Numbered from the stretch's first letter, positions 9,266 through 20,608 are shown. The stretch is 64,000 nt of DNA from an uncultured Chloroflexia bacterium (GCA_963833225.1 CAWHXD010000008.1:416001-480000); one strand, 5' to 3'. A program made the numbers and translations. Notes: generated from the sequence alone by a model not told the origin.

Positions 9266-9520
9266 ATGGCCATGCCCCTCGCCGAACCGACCCAGCTCCA
9301 CCCGCGCGAAGCCGAGCTCTCGCACCTGGCGCCGCATCGCATCAAGCGCTGCACGTACCGCCGGTTGATCTCGATCGAGCGGCCGCAGGAGCGCCTCTAC
9401 GAGGTCGAGTGCCTCTACCCGGACCGCCAGGTGCCGATCCCCCTGGGTGATCTCGACACCAGCATGCCGATCTGCAACGCCTGCACCGCCGCGCACACCT
9501 TCCGCGCGGACGAGGACTAG
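9266..9520 (+). CDS. Small Cys-containing hypothetical protein (possible Zn-binding)
   Basis: 84 aa, normal coding composition, C...C...CxxC pattern. Confidence 0.7.
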   Translation: MAMPLAEPTQLHPREAELSHLAPHRIKRCTYRRLISIERPQERLYEVECLYPDRQVPIPLGDLDTSMPICNACTAAHTFRADED

Positions 9521-9651
9521 CCACCAGATCCCTGCCGACCGGAGCGCGCACAGGGTTGTCCTGACCCCCGGGAATCGTGCATCATCGGCGCACGCCCGAC
9601 GTCCCATGGCCCGATTGACGTCGGCCCGTATCGTTCCCGGGGGTTCCTGAC

Positions 9652-12294
9652 GTGGGTGTCCGAGCGCATCGGACCGGCGCGCTGATGACCATCGCCGCGT
9701 GCGCGGCCCTGGTCCTGACTCTGGTCGCTCCGTGGCAGCCGAGGGCGCGGGCCGTCGACGACGCCCTGACATCCGCTGACCAGGCGGAGTGGGAGGCGGC
9801 GCTCACCCGGGGTGGCCTGACCGCCGACGCGGCCGCGCAGCTGATGAGCAGCCGCCCCCTGGTCACAGCCAGCGGCGCCGGTCGGTTCGACCCGTTCGTG
9901 GGCCCGATCCCGGACGGTGAGACAGGTCAGCGACCGGCCGGCTACCTCATCCGCGAGGCGTTCGCCCACCTCATCGAGTTCGCCCCGGAACAGATCGCAA
10001 CGCTCCGGGGCGGCACGCTGGGCTGCTCCGAGACCGGCGTCGTCTGCCAGACGGAGGGAGCCCGGCTCGATTCGCCACTGCCCACCACGTGGCTCGTGTC
10101 CTCGATCTTCCTGGACCGCCCGATCAACGTCGATGGACCCAACCTCACCGACGTGTCGCTGGTCATCCACGACGGGCGCCTGGGGCCGGTCGCGCCCGGT
10201 CGGGATCAGCTCGCCGGTGGCGACCCGCTCGAGGGTGGCAACCGGTACCTCGGAATCACCGATGCGCCGGGCGAAGCGGGCCTGGTCGCCCGGACGGCGT
10301 ACTGGGACCCGGCCACCGCCACCTGGACCCAGACACAGAGCCACGGGTTTGCGATCGTCGACGGCACCCTGATCCAGCTCTGGTGGCCGACCACATCCGA
10401 GCTGTTCACGTTCGACGGCCAACGGATCTATGCCGGGGAGGCTGCTGACGGCGAGTTCGCGCCGGGGACCACCGCGTTCTCGTCGATCCCGGTGGTGGTG
10501 GACGGGTGGACGCTCGTCGCCGGGGGCCTCGAAGGGTTGCCGCTGGTGGGCACGGATGGAACCTTCGTCCAGGACCGCGCTCCGGCCATGACAGCCAAGC
10601 CCGCGGCGACGCCAGCGGCGGCGACGCCGACACCGGCACCACCCGCGACCGCCGTTCCGACTCCGACGGCCACCAGCGCACCCTCGGCCACGGCCGCCCC
10701 GGCCACGCCGGGCGCGACGGCCTTCGACATCGGCTCCCTCGCGATCCCGCTGGCCGGTCTGGCCATTGGCCTGGTGATCTCGATCCTCGGCCTCATCCTG
10801 CTCATCCGCGGGCGGCAGCCGGGGCCAGCAGGGCCGGGCCCCGCAATCGCCGCCGGGGGGCCGGGGCGAGACCTCCTCCTCGCCGCCACCAAGGGACCCT
10901 GCGTCGACCTGGCGACGGCCGTCGCCGATGCCAATCGCGCCTGTGAGGAGGCACGTCTGGCCGCACAGCGGGCCCGGGCGGGAGCCGATGACGCGACGGC
11001 GAAGGCCACCGAGGCCCGCCAGCGAGCGCGCGAGGCGACCACCGCGCGTGAGGACGCCCAACGTGCGCTGGACGTCGAGCTCGAGGATCTTGACGAGGGA
11101 ACATCGAGCATCTCGTCGGGCGGCCTGACGCTCACCGAACGCGACCTGCGCCTGATCGAGGACGCCCGACTGGAGCTGGCGGCCACCTATGAGCCGCAGA
11201 TCCGCGCGGCGACTTCGGAAAGCGAGCGATCCGCGGTCAGCGAGCGGTATCGCCAGGAGGTGCACAACCTCGAGAAGGCGGAGACCGTCGAGGCCCTCCG
11301 GGCGGAGGCCGCCAAGACCCTTGAGGCCCGGATCGCCGCCGCCCGGGCGAGGCTTGCGACCGCCAGGGACGCGGAGCGGGCCGCGCTCGACGAGGCAGCC
11401 GATGCGGAGCAGTCGGCCCAGCGAGCGCGCGGAACGGCCCATGCGGCCGAGCAGCAGGCGGACCACGCGTGCCGCCAGGCAGATGTCGTCCGCAAGGCAC
11501 TCCAGGCCTGCCTCGAGCACGCGACCCCGCATCCCATCGGTGTCCCGACCGGGGGCGGCGAGGGCGGCGGGCCCGATCCCGGTCCGGGCGGAGGGCCGCA
11601 GCCCGCCGGCGGTGGTGCGCAGCCGGGCGGCGGGGGTCCTCAGCCGCGCGGCGGCGTGGATGGACCGCCCACGAGTCCCGGCGGCGGGCCTGGCGCGGGT
11701 GGCGGGCCGGGAACGGGTGAGACGCCGCAGCCAGGCGGCGGGCAACCTCCGAAACGGGAGTGCCCGGACGGCGCCCAGCAGTGGCGACCGGTGGGCACCC
11801 GGATCTTCCGGCTCCTGCCGCAGGACGCCAGGATCGAATGGCGGGTGTTCCCGATGCGCAGGCCGTTCGCCGACTGGCTCGAGCCACGTCAGATCGACGA
11901 CCAGGGGAACGCGGTCGAAGGCCCGCCGAGCGTCAGCCAGCGCTCGATGCGGATGATGAAGGGCGATCTCGAGACCCTGTTCAAGGACCTCGACTCGACC
12001 CACCTCTCGGCCGGCGTGCGCTATGACCAGGAGCTCGTCATCGTGGTCCCGTTCGTCAGCCGCCAGCTCCGCAAGGACCGGCAGTGGCTGTGCCAGGGTG
12101 GGCGGTGGGTTGCCACGGACGTCTGTCGCGTCGTGGAGCTCGCGGTGGCGCCGGCGCCGCACGCGTACGGGAACGGTCGCAGGGACGTGACCCTGATGGT
12201 CGTCAGGTCGATCTACGAAGACGCGATGAAGGGGATCGCCGACGCCGCCGAGAACGAGCGGCTGATGGGCCACCTCGAGCGGGAATGCCCGTAG
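9652..12294 (+). CDS. Large hypothetical membrane protein (signal peptide, TM, coiled coil, Gly/Pro linker, Cys-containing C-terminal domain)
   Basis: 880-aa ORF with GC3-biased codons; central hydrophobic segment LAIPLAGLAIGLVISILGLILLI. Confidence 0.75.
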   Translation: MGVRAHRTGALMTIAACAALVLTLVAPWQPRARAVDDALTSADQAEWEAALTRGGLTADAAAQLMSSRPLVTASGAGRFDPFVGPIPDGETGQRPAGYLIREAFAHLIEFAPEQIATLRGGTLGCSETGVVCQTEGARLDSPLPTTWLVSSIFLDRPINVDGPNLTDVSLVIHDGRLGPVAPGRDQLAGGDPLEGGNRYLGITDAPGEAGLVARTAYWDPATATWTQTQSHGFAIVDGTLIQLWWPTTSELFTFDGQRIYAGEAADGEFAPGTTAFSSIPVVVDGWTLVAGGLEGLPLVGTDGTFVQDRAPAMTAKPAATPAAATPTPAPPATAVPTPTATSAPSATAAPATPGATAFDIGSLAIPLAGLAIGLVISILGLILLIRGRQPGPAGPGPAIAAGGPGRDLLLAATKGPCVDLATAVADANRACEEARLAAQRARAGADDATAKATEARQRAREATTAREDAQRALDVELEDLDEGTSSISSGGLTLTERDLRLIEDARLELAATYEPQIRAATSESERSAVSERYRQEVHNLEKAETVEALRAEAAKTLEARIAAARARLATARDAERAALDEAADAEQSAQRARGTAHAAEQQADHACRQADVVRKALQACLEHATPHPIGVPTGGGEGGGPDPGPGGGPQPAGGGAQPGGGGPQPRGGVDGPPTSPGGGPGAGGGPGTGETPQPGGGQPPKRECPDGAQQWRPVGTRIFRLLPQDARIEWRVFPMRRPFADWLEPRQIDDQGNAVEGPPSVSQRSMRMMKGDLETLFKDLDSTHLSAGVRYDQELVIVVPFVSRQLRKDRQWLCQGGRWVATDVCRVVELAVAPAPHAYGNGRRDVTLMVVRSIYEDAMKGIADAAENERLMGHLERECP

Positions 12295-12310
12295 CGGGGA
12301 CCGGCGCGCC

Positions 12311-12928
12311 ATGAACGACCGCCTCGTCGGGTCGGCGCTCTTGGTCGCCGGGCTCGTGATCACCGCCGCGAGTGGCGTGGCGCTTGCCATGGCGGCCAAC
12401 CCGGGCGCCACCCAGGCCACGACACCACCCGCCGCGTCCGCGTCACCGGCGGTCGTCGTGCCCTCGCACCTCACGACCGGACCATCGCCGGTCGTCACGG
12501 TGACGTCGAGCTCCACGCCCACGACGCCGCCCGCCCCCACCCCGAGCCCCACGCCGTCCGGCGCTGACCTGATCACCGCGTTCATGTCCCAGCTCGCCAC
12601 TGCCCTGCGCACCGGCGACGCGACCTTCCAGGTCGCGCACCTGCACCCGGATGCCCTCGCCCGCTACGGCGAGGCGCAGTGCCTCTCGGAGCTCCCGAAG
12701 CGCGCCGATCCCACCGTCGCGATCGACGTGGTGAACGTCGGCCAGCCGGAGCGCTGGGACTACGAGACCGACGGGCTGGCCACCACCATCGGGGCAGCGG
12801 TGCCGGTCGAGGTCGACATGACGATCGAGGGCGTGGCTGCCAAGCGCGTGCTGCACGTGACGCTTGACGCGGGTGAGGTGCGCTGGTTCACGGACTGCGG
12901 CCTGCCGATCGACACGCCGGCGCCGTAG
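12311..12928 (+). CDS. Secreted or membrane-anchored hypothetical protein
   Basis: N-terminal hydrophobic segment, Pro/Thr/Ser linker, C-terminal domain with 2 Cys; 16 nt after the 880-aa gene. Confidence 0.75.
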   Translation: MNDRLVGSALLVAGLVITAASGVALAMAANPGATQATTPPAASASPAVVVPSHLTTGPSPVVTVTSSSTPTTPPAPTPSPTPSGADLITAFMSQLATALRTGDATFQVAHLHPDALARYGEAQCLSELPKRADPTVAIDVVNVGQPERWDYETDGLATTIGAAVPVEVDMTIEGVAAKRVLHVTLDAGEVRWFTDCGLPIDTPAP

Positions 12929-13018
12929 CGGCGGCCACGGGCGGGACGGCGGCTGCCATGTCCGCGGCCCCAGCGGCTGCCACTCACGGGACGGCGAAGC
13001 GGGCGCCCTGGGGGATCT

Positions 13019-13368
13019 GCCAGCGAGGCGGCCTGTAAGCCGAGTTCTGTCCCGCGGCTCGCGCCACGGGGACGGTCATCCATCTGTGGCCGCCGGTTGC
13101 CCGACGGCTCATGCGGCCGACCCGAGGGCTGGGCAGCGCGCCTCTTCCCCCCGGCGAACCGGGGTGCGCCCTCCTATTTGGCCTTGCTCCGGGTGGAGTT
13201 TGCCGCGTTTCACTCCGGCACCCGAGGGCGCCGGCATCGTCACTGTGGCACTGGTCCTCGCCTCACGGCGGACGGGCGTTACCCGCCACCCTGCGCTGGG
13301 GAGCTCGGACTTTCCTCACGCCGCCCGGTTGCCCGGCCGACGCGCGACCATCCGGCCGCCTCGCTGGC
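13019..13368 (-). ncRNA. rnpB: RNase P RNA (bacterial type A)
   Basis: Minus strand GAGGAAAGTCCGAGCTC and 3' ACAGAACTCGGCTTACAG; complementary P1 ends (GCCAGCGAGGCGGCC); -10 TACAAT at 13375-13380. Confidence 0.96.
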
Positions 13369-13395
13369 CCGCGGATTGTACGCGGGCCCACCGGA

Positions 13396-13794
13396 TCAGG
13401 GTTCGAACAGCAGCACCTGGTTCGCACCGCTCGTGAGGCGGAGCTGACCCGTGCCCGTGTCGATCGAGTAGACGGGCGATCCCTTGACCACGGCGAGAAC
13501 GGCGGCTTCCTGCTCGGCGACGTCGCCCTTGCACGCCACCATGGACTGCTGGACCGTGTCGAGCAGGATGCGGTTGCCGTCGAGGTGGTAGGACCCCCCG
13601 ACCGTGTTGCACCCGGTTCGCACCGTGAACGTCCCATCGCCCTCGAACGACACCGTGGCGTCGGCGGCCGGCGGGGCGCCGTGGACCTGGGCCAGCGTCC
13701 AGGTCGAGCCCACCAGCACGTCGCGGGTCGTGAGGCACCCGGCCGCGAGCAGCGGGATCGCGAGCAGGGTGGCAAGGCGCGCGAACGTCCTCAC
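13396..13794 (-). CDS. META/HslJ domain lipoprotein
   Basis: Lipobox LAAGC; TWTL, GCNTVGGSY, SMVAC motifs; GTGA overlap with upstream stop. Confidence 0.85.
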   Translation of the reverse strand: MRTFARLATLLAIPLLAAGCLTTRDVLVGSTWTLAQVHGAPPAADATVSFEGDGTFTVRTGCNTVGGSYHLDGNRILLDTVQQSMVACKGDVAEQEAAVLAVVKGSPVYSIDTGTGQLRLTSGANQVLLFEP

Positions 13795-14423
13795 GCCAGG
13801 ATCTTCCGCACGGCCTCCGCGATCGCGCGCCCAAGGGTTCCCTGCCCTGCCGCGGTGAGGTGCACCCCATCGGCCGGATCGATATCCGCGAACGGTCCGG
13901 CGTCGAGGAACTCGACCCCATGTTGCTCGGCGACGGTGCGGTACAGCCGCGCGAACTGCTCGCTCTTTGCCCGGGCCTCGCCGAACCCCCACACCTCGGA
14001 GGCGGTCGTGAGGTCGCCGAGCGGCGGCGGCGCCACGAGCAGGACCCGCGGCGGGCCGCCCGCGGGACCCGTTCCCGACAGCAACGCGAGGTCCACGAGC
14101 GCCCCGGCGCCGTGGGCGATGTCGGGGGCCCCGAGGTGGAGGAACCCCTTGGTGTCGTTGGTGCCGAGCATGATGACGACCACGTCCACCGGTGCGTGGG
14201 AGCGCAGGCACGGCAGGAGGTAGTCCCGCCCGTTCCGGCCGTCGAGCATGGGGTCGTCCCAGATCGTGGTCCGGCCGTTGAGGCCTTCCTCGATCACGTC
14301 GACGACGCCACGCAGCCCCGCGGCGAGGACGCCGGGCCAGCGGACGTCGCGCGAGAACCGGCCGCCCGTCGAGACGTCGTAGCCATGCGTGTTCGAGTCG
14401 CCGTAGCAGACGACAACCGGCAT
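13791..14423 (-). CDS. SGNH/GDSL family hydrolase
   Basis: YGDSNTHG, EEGLNGRTT, MLGTND, DGVH blocks. Confidence 0.92.
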   Translation of the reverse strand: MPVVVCYGDSNTHGYDVSTGGRFSRDVRWPGVLAAGLRGVVDVIEEGLNGRTTIWDDPMLDGRNGRDYLLPCLRSHAPVDVVVIMLGTNDTKGFLHLGAPDIAHGAGALVDLALLSGTGPAGGPPRVLLVAPPPLGDLTTASEVWGFGEARAKSEQFARLYRTVAEQHGVEFLDAGPFADIDPADGVHLTAAGQGTLGRAIAEAVRKILA

Positions 14424-14439
14424 CGATCCCCTCCCCTGT

Positions 14440-14943
14440 TCAGGCGCCTGGAGTGACCCGGCGCGCCCGGGCGATCCGGGCCGGGCCGCCGGCAGCCACC
14501 CGGTCGAGCGCTTCGTTGGCGAGCCGATCCGCGGTGGCATTCTGCGCGCGCGGCACGTGGGTCGCGGACCATCGGCGAACCTGGCCGAGCATCCGCTTCG
14601 CCTCGGCATGGAGCGGCTGGAGCTTCGCGTCCTTGACCCGCCACCGGCCGTGGAGCTGCTCCACGATCAGCTTGGAATCGAGGAATAGGTCCACCTTGTC
14701 GGCGCCGAGCCGAAGGGCGAGCTTGAGCGCCTCCAGAACCCCCGTCCACTCGGCGACGTTGTTGGTCTGGACGCCGAGCGCCTCCGAGATGGTCGCGTCG
14801 GGGAGCGCGGCCGGGTCGAGCGCGTCGGGACGCGAACCGTCGATCAGCGCCGCGCCGAGCGATGCCGGACCCGGGTTGCCCCGAGCCGCCCCGTCGGTGC
14901 GGATGACCAGGTGCGCGATGACCGGGAGCGACGGCTCGCTCAG
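14440..14943 (-). CDS. rnhA: Ribonuclease HI family protein (start codon unclear, possibly CTG overlapping sdhB stop)
   Basis: TDGAARGNPGPA, TNNVAEW, DSKLIVEQ, HVPRAQNATADRLAN. Confidence 0.85.
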   Translation of the reverse strand: MSEPSLPVIAHLVIRTDGAARGNPGPASLGAALIDGSRPDALDPAALPDATISEALGVQTNNVAEWTGVLEALKLALRLGADKVDLFLDSKLIVEQLHGRWRVKDAKLQPLHAEAKRMLGQVRRWSATHVPRAQNATADRLANEALDRVAAGGPARIARARRVTPGA

Positions 14944-15641
14944 ACCTGCCGCCCCGTGATCGCCCCGGTGACCTCGAGGATCGCCTGCGTGATATGGATG
15001 TCCCGCGGACAGGCGTCTGTGCAGTTGAAGATCGTGCGGCAGCGCCACACGCCGTCCTTGTCGGCCAGGATCTCCAGCCGCTCGTCGGCGTGGTCGTCCC
15101 GGGTGTCGAAGATGAACCGGTGGGCGTTGACGATCGCCGCCGGACCGACGTACTCGGGCTTCGACCAGAACGACGGGCACGAGGTGGTGCACGCGGCGCA
15201 CAGGATGCACTTCGTGGTGTCGTCGTAGCGGGCCCGGTCCTCGGCGGACTGGCGCCGCTCGCGCTCGGGCGGAGTCGATTCGGTCTGCAGGTACGGCTGG
15301 ACGCTCCGGAACTTGGCGAAGAAGGCGTCCATGTCGACCACGAGGTCCTTCATCACCGGCAGGCCCGGCAGCGGCGCCACCGTGATCCGCCTGCCGCCCA
15401 GCTGGTCCACCCGGATCTTGCAGGCGAGGCGGTTGCGGCCGTTGATGAGCATCGCGTCCGAGCCGCACACGCCGTGGCCGCACGAGCGGCGGAAGGTCAG
15501 CGTGCCGTCCTGTTCGTACTTGACCTTGTGGAGGAGGTCCAGGACGCGGTCCATGGGACCGGCCTCGACCGTGTACCGCTCCTCGTGCGGCTTCGTGTCG
15601 CGCTCGGGGTCGTAGCGGAGGATCCGCAGCTCTACAGTCAT
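14940..15641 (-). CDS. sdhB: Succinate dehydrogenase iron-sulfur subunit
   Basis: RRSCGHGVCGSD, CILCAACTTSCP, CRTIFNCTDACP. Confidence 0.97.
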   Translation of the reverse strand: MTVELRILRYDPERDTKPHEERYTVEAGPMDRVLDLLHKVKYEQDGTLTFRRSCGHGVCGSDAMLINGRNRLACKIRVDQLGGRRITVAPLPGLPVMKDLVVDMDAFFAKFRSVQPYLQTESTPPERERRQSAEDRARYDDTTKCILCAACTTSCPSFWSKPEYVGPAAIVNAHRFIFDTRDDHADERLEILADKDGVWRCRTIFNCTDACPRDIHITQAILEVTGAITGRQV

Positions 15642-15657
15642 CGTTCGCTCCCCCGCC

Positions 15658-17406
15658 CTAGTAGACACGCGGCTTGGGCTGGAACTTGGTGATCGTGACC
15701 GGCTTGTAGGCCAGCTCGACCGCCCCGTCCGGGCCCTTGCTCGCGAGGGAATGGGTGAGGAAGTTCACGTCGTCCCGATCAGGGTAGTCCTCCCGGCTGT
15801 GCGCGCCGCGGCTCTCCTTCCGGTTGATGCACGCCGCGACCATCCCCTCGGCGCAGTCGAGGAGATACCCGACCTCGCGGGCCTCGAGGAGGTCCGTGTT
15901 GAAGGTCGTGCCCTTGTCGTTGACCGAGACGCTGGCGTAGCGCCCGCGGAGCTCGGCCACCTTGGCCCGGGCCCGCTCGAGGCCAACCGCATCGCGGTAC
16001 ACGCCGGCGTCATCCATCATCACGTCGGCGAGCTCCGTGCGGATCGCCTCCTTGCGCTCCCCCTTCTCGCGGCCCCGGATCGCCTCGATCTCGGCGCGAA
16101 CCGGCTCCATCACGTCGGGCGCGATCTCCGGGACCCCGACACCCTTGATGTCGAGCGTCATCTGGCGACCGGCCCGGCGTCCGAACACGAGCAGGTCCAC
16201 GAGCGAGTTGGTCCCCAGGCGATTGGCGCCGTGGACGGACACACAGGCAGCCTCGCCCGCGGCATACAGCCCCGGGACGACCGTGTTGGCCGCGTCGCGG
16301 GTCACCTGGGTGAGCAGGTTGGTGGGCACGCCGCCCATCGCATAGTGCGCCGTCGGCTGGACCGGGATCGGATCCGTGTAGGGCTCGATGCCCTGGTAGA
16401 CACGCACGAAGTCCGTGATGTCCGGCAGCTTCTCGTCGATCAGCTTGCGGCCGAGGTGGCGGACGTCGAGGTAGACGTAGTCCTTGCCGTCGATGCCGCG
16501 ACCCGCCCGGATCTCCTGGTGGATCGCCCGGCTCACCATGTCGCGCGGCGCGAGCTCCATCAGCTTGGGGGCATAGCGCTCCATGAACCGGAAGCCGTCG
16601 TTGTCGAGCAGGTACGCGCCCTCGCCGCGGGCCGCCTCGGACAGGAGGATGCCGATGCCCACGATGCCCGTCGGGTGGAACTGGTAGAACTCCATGTCCT
16701 GCATCGGGACGCCATGCCGGTACGCGAGCGAGACGCCATCCCCGGTCAGGCTCCACGCGTTCGAGGTGACCCGGAACATGCGCCCGAAGCCGCCGGTGGC
16801 GATCAGCACCGCCTTGGAGCGCAGCGTGACGAGCTCGCCGTCGGCGATCCGGTACGCGACCACGCCGGCGGCGCGTCCGCCCGAGCCCAGGTCCCCGCCC
16901 TCGGTCACGAGGTCCACGACGTGGTACTCGTCGTAGAACTTGACGCCGTGCTTGAGGCACTGCTGGTACAGGGTCTGCAGGATCATGTGGCCGGTGCGGT
17001 CGGCGGCGAAGCAGGCCCGCTTGACAGGACCCTCGCCGTAGTTGCGCGTGTGGCCGCCGAACCGCCGCTGGTCGATCCGTCCGTCCGGCGTCCGGTTGAA
17101 CGGCAGCCCCATGTGCTCGAGCTCGATCACCGTCTCGATGGCCTCGCGGGCGAGCACCTCGGCCGCATCCTGGTCAACCAGGTAGTCACCACCCTTGATG
17201 GTGTCGAACATGTGCCACTCCCAGTGGTCCTCCTCCTGGTTTCCCAGGGCGGCACACACGCCGCCCTGGGCGGCGCCGGTATGGGAGCGGGTGGGATAGA
17301 GCTTGGTCAGGACAGCCGAGTCCACGCCCGCCTTGGCGAGCTCGAGCGCGGCCCACAGGCCGGCGCCACCCGCGCCGACGATGAGGGCGTCGTGGTCGCG
17401 GATCAT
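15658..17406 (-). CDS. sdhA: Succinate dehydrogenase flavoprotein subunit
   Basis: GAGGAG, RSHTGAAQGG, QFHPTG, HYAMGG, HGANRLGTNSL. Confidence 0.97.
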   Translation of the reverse strand: MIRDHDALIVGAGGAGLWAALELAKAGVDSAVLTKLYPTRSHTGAAQGGVCAALGNQEEDHWEWHMFDTIKGGDYLVDQDAAEVLAREAIETVIELEHMGLPFNRTPDGRIDQRRFGGHTRNYGEGPVKRACFAADRTGHMILQTLYQQCLKHGVKFYDEYHVVDLVTEGGDLGSGGRAAGVVAYRIADGELVTLRSKAVLIATGGFGRMFRVTSNAWSLTGDGVSLAYRHGVPMQDMEFYQFHPTGIVGIGILLSEAARGEGAYLLDNDGFRFMERYAPKLMELAPRDMVSRAIHQEIRAGRGIDGKDYVYLDVRHLGRKLIDEKLPDITDFVRVYQGIEPYTDPIPVQPTAHYAMGGVPTNLLTQVTRDAANTVVPGLYAAGEAACVSVHGANRLGTNSLVDLLVFGRRAGRQMTLDIKGVGVPEIAPDVMEPVRAEIEAIRGREKGERKEAIRTELADVMMDDAGVYRDAVGLERARAKVAELRGRYASVSVNDKGTTFNTDLLEAREVGYLLDCAEGMVAACINRKESRGAHSREDYPDRDDVNFLTHSLASKGPDGAVELAYKPVTITKFQPKPRVY

Positions 17407-17801
17407 GCCGGCACCTGCGGCATCGGCAGCGTGAACACGACCATGGTGCCCATCGCGAGCAGGACCAGGCCGACGAGATACAGCGCCAGCGTCAGCGTGG
17501 AGCGCCTGCCGCCCGAGGTGTAGTCGCCGATGACCGTTCGCACGCCCATGAACGCGTGGAACAGCACGAACACCAGCATCATCCAGTCGATCGTGCGCTG
17601 CGCGATGCTCGCCCAGCGGGCGGTGACCCAGACGGCATCCTGGATGGCCGGGTCGTAGACGAAGTGGACGACGATGTAGTGGGAGATGGCCAGCACGAAC
17701 AGACCCAGGCCGGTGAGGCGCATCAGGTACCAGATCGCGAGCTCCCACCCGCTGCCCGATGGCCGTGCGCGGCCGGATCGCGTGACGCCGTAGGTGTTCA
17801 T
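17403..17801 (-). CDS. sdhD: Succinate dehydrogenase membrane anchor
   Basis: WYLMRLTG, HAFMGVRTVIGDY; 3 TMs; operon position. Confidence 0.9.
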   Translation of the reverse strand: MNTYGVTRSGRARPSGSGWELAIWYLMRLTGLGLFVLAISHYIVVHFVYDPAIQDAVWVTARWASIAQRTIDWMMLVFVLFHAFMGVRTVIGDYTSGGRRSTLTLALYLVGLVLLAMGTMVVFTLPMPQVPA

Positions 17802-18184
17802 GAGCCGAACCTGAAGGGGGGCTCAAGCCCGAAGGCCGGGGCCATGATCTGGATGAGGATGGGCAGGCCGATCAGCGCGAACAGCACCCAGTTGAGGTAC
17901 CAGAGCTGCTTGTGGTAGCGCGTCATCGACGGCCAGAAGTCCATCACGACGATCCGCAGGCCGTTGAGCGCGTGGTACAGGAGAGCAGCCCCGAGGAGCG
18001 ACTCCATCACCCGCCCGAACGGGCTCGCATAGATCTGGAGGACGTCGTCATAGAGCGGCGGGTTCACGCCCGCGAGCCAGATGTCCAGGACGTGGAGCAG
18101 GATGAACGCCCAGATGGCGACACCCGAGATGCGGTGGAACGCCCAGGCGAGCATTCCCTCGCTGCCCCGATACCGCAGGAGCAT
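17798..18184 (-). CDS. sdhC: Succinate dehydrogenase cytochrome b556 subunit
   Basis: HRISGV, YHALNGLRI. Confidence 0.92.
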   Translation of the reverse strand: MLLRYRGSEGMLAWAFHRISGVAIWAFILLHVLDIWLAGVNPPLYDDVLQIYASPFGRVMESLLGAALLYHALNGLRIVVMDFWPSMTRYHKQLWYLNWVLFALIGLPILIQIMAPAFGLEPPFRFGS

Positions 18185-18331
18185 GGAGCCTCCGTGACTC
18201 GCGGCCCGCCCCGGCGGGTCGAGGATGGTGGCCCGGCGTTCAGCCGATCCGGGCGATGGGCATGCGTTGGCTTGATCCGCGCCCCGGGTCCAGTCGCCGG
18301 GAGCTGGCGTGACACGGTGGGGCGTGAGGCC

Positions 18332-18488
18332 ATTCTAGCCGTGCGCCTGGTCCCGCGGGTTCCCGACTGGTCCCGTGTTCCGCCGGGCCGGAGGTCGTCG
18401 CGGCATGGGCCAATCGGCCATGGGCGCCAACACCCTGGGCTGGAGAAGGTGGGTTCGCGATCCCGGTCCGCGAGGCCGGGGCTATGAT
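18332..18488. promoter_or_regulatory. Candidate divergent -10 boxes for sdh (TAGAAT, minus, 18332-18337) and suc (TATGAT, plus, 18483-18488)
   Basis: Near-consensus hexamers in an otherwise GC-rich intergenic region. Confidence 0.45.
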
Positions 18489-18542
18489 CGGAGTCCGCTC
18501 CAGCCCTCGTCCGCTCCCCTTGCCGGAGGTCTCGCCCGTCGC

Positions 18543-19723
<1,181 letters not shown>

Positions 19724-19727
<4 letters not shown>

Positions 19728-20608
19728 GCATCCTGATCGGCAAGGACACGCGGCTGGTCGTCCATGGCATCACCGGGCGTGAGGGCACGTTCCACAGCAC
19801 GGCGATGCTGGAGTACGGGACGAACATCGTCGCGGGCATGACGCCGGGCAAGGGTGGACAGACCGCGCTCGACGGGCGCGTGCCGGTGTTCAACACCGTG
19901 CAGGACGCCGTCGACCAGACCGGCGCCAACACCTCGTGCATCTTCGTCCCCGCGGCCGGTGCCCCGGACTCGGTGCTGGAGGCCGTCGACGCCGGGATCA
20001 AGACGATCTTCTGCATCACAGAGGGCATCCCCGCCCTGGACATGGTCCCGGTGGTCGAGGTCGTCCAGCGAGCCGGCGCGCTGCTGATCGGCCCCAACTG
20101 CCCGGGCGCGACGTCGCCTGGCCGGGCCAAGGTCGGCATCATCCCCGGCTCGATCCACCTCGAGGGCCGGGTGGGCGTCGTGTCCCGGTCGGGAACTCTC
20201 ACCTACGAGGCCGTCCAGGCGATGACGGATGCCGGGCTCGGGCAATCCACGTGCGTGGGCATCGGCGGCGATCCCGTGATCGGGACGCAGTTCCTCCAGG
20301 TGCTCCAGCTGTTCGCGGCCGATCCCGATACCGAGGCGCTGGTCCTGATCGGCGAGATCGGCGGCGCGGCCGAGGAGGAAGCGGCCACCTGGGCAGCCGA
20401 ACACATGGCACACGTTCCCAAGGTCGCGTTCATCGCCGGGCGGACGGCCCCCGAAGGCAAGCGCATGGGCCACGCCGGCGCGATCATCTCGGGCGGGCGC
20501 GGGACCGCCGCGTCCAAGGTCACGGCGCTCGAGGCCGCGGGGTTCCGGGTGGCCGGCTCCCCCACCGAGCTTCCGGCGCTGCTGCGCGAGGCCGGCTACC
20601 GCGGTTGA
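19724..20608 (+). CDS. sucD: Succinyl-CoA synthetase alpha subunit
   Basis: [29 protein letters not shown]. Confidence 0.97.

Noticed and set aside
9517-12612. 1031-aa minus-strand ORF, and similar long ORFs such as 21814-24615, 25019-28111 and 15751-17523
   Set aside because: Antisense shadows of real genes in high-GC DNA; Arg/Gly/Pro-rich with no motifs
14440-15483. 347-aa ORF suggesting an N-terminally extended RNase H
   Set aside because: The upstream part is an alternative frame of sdhB; only the last ~165 aa are RNase H
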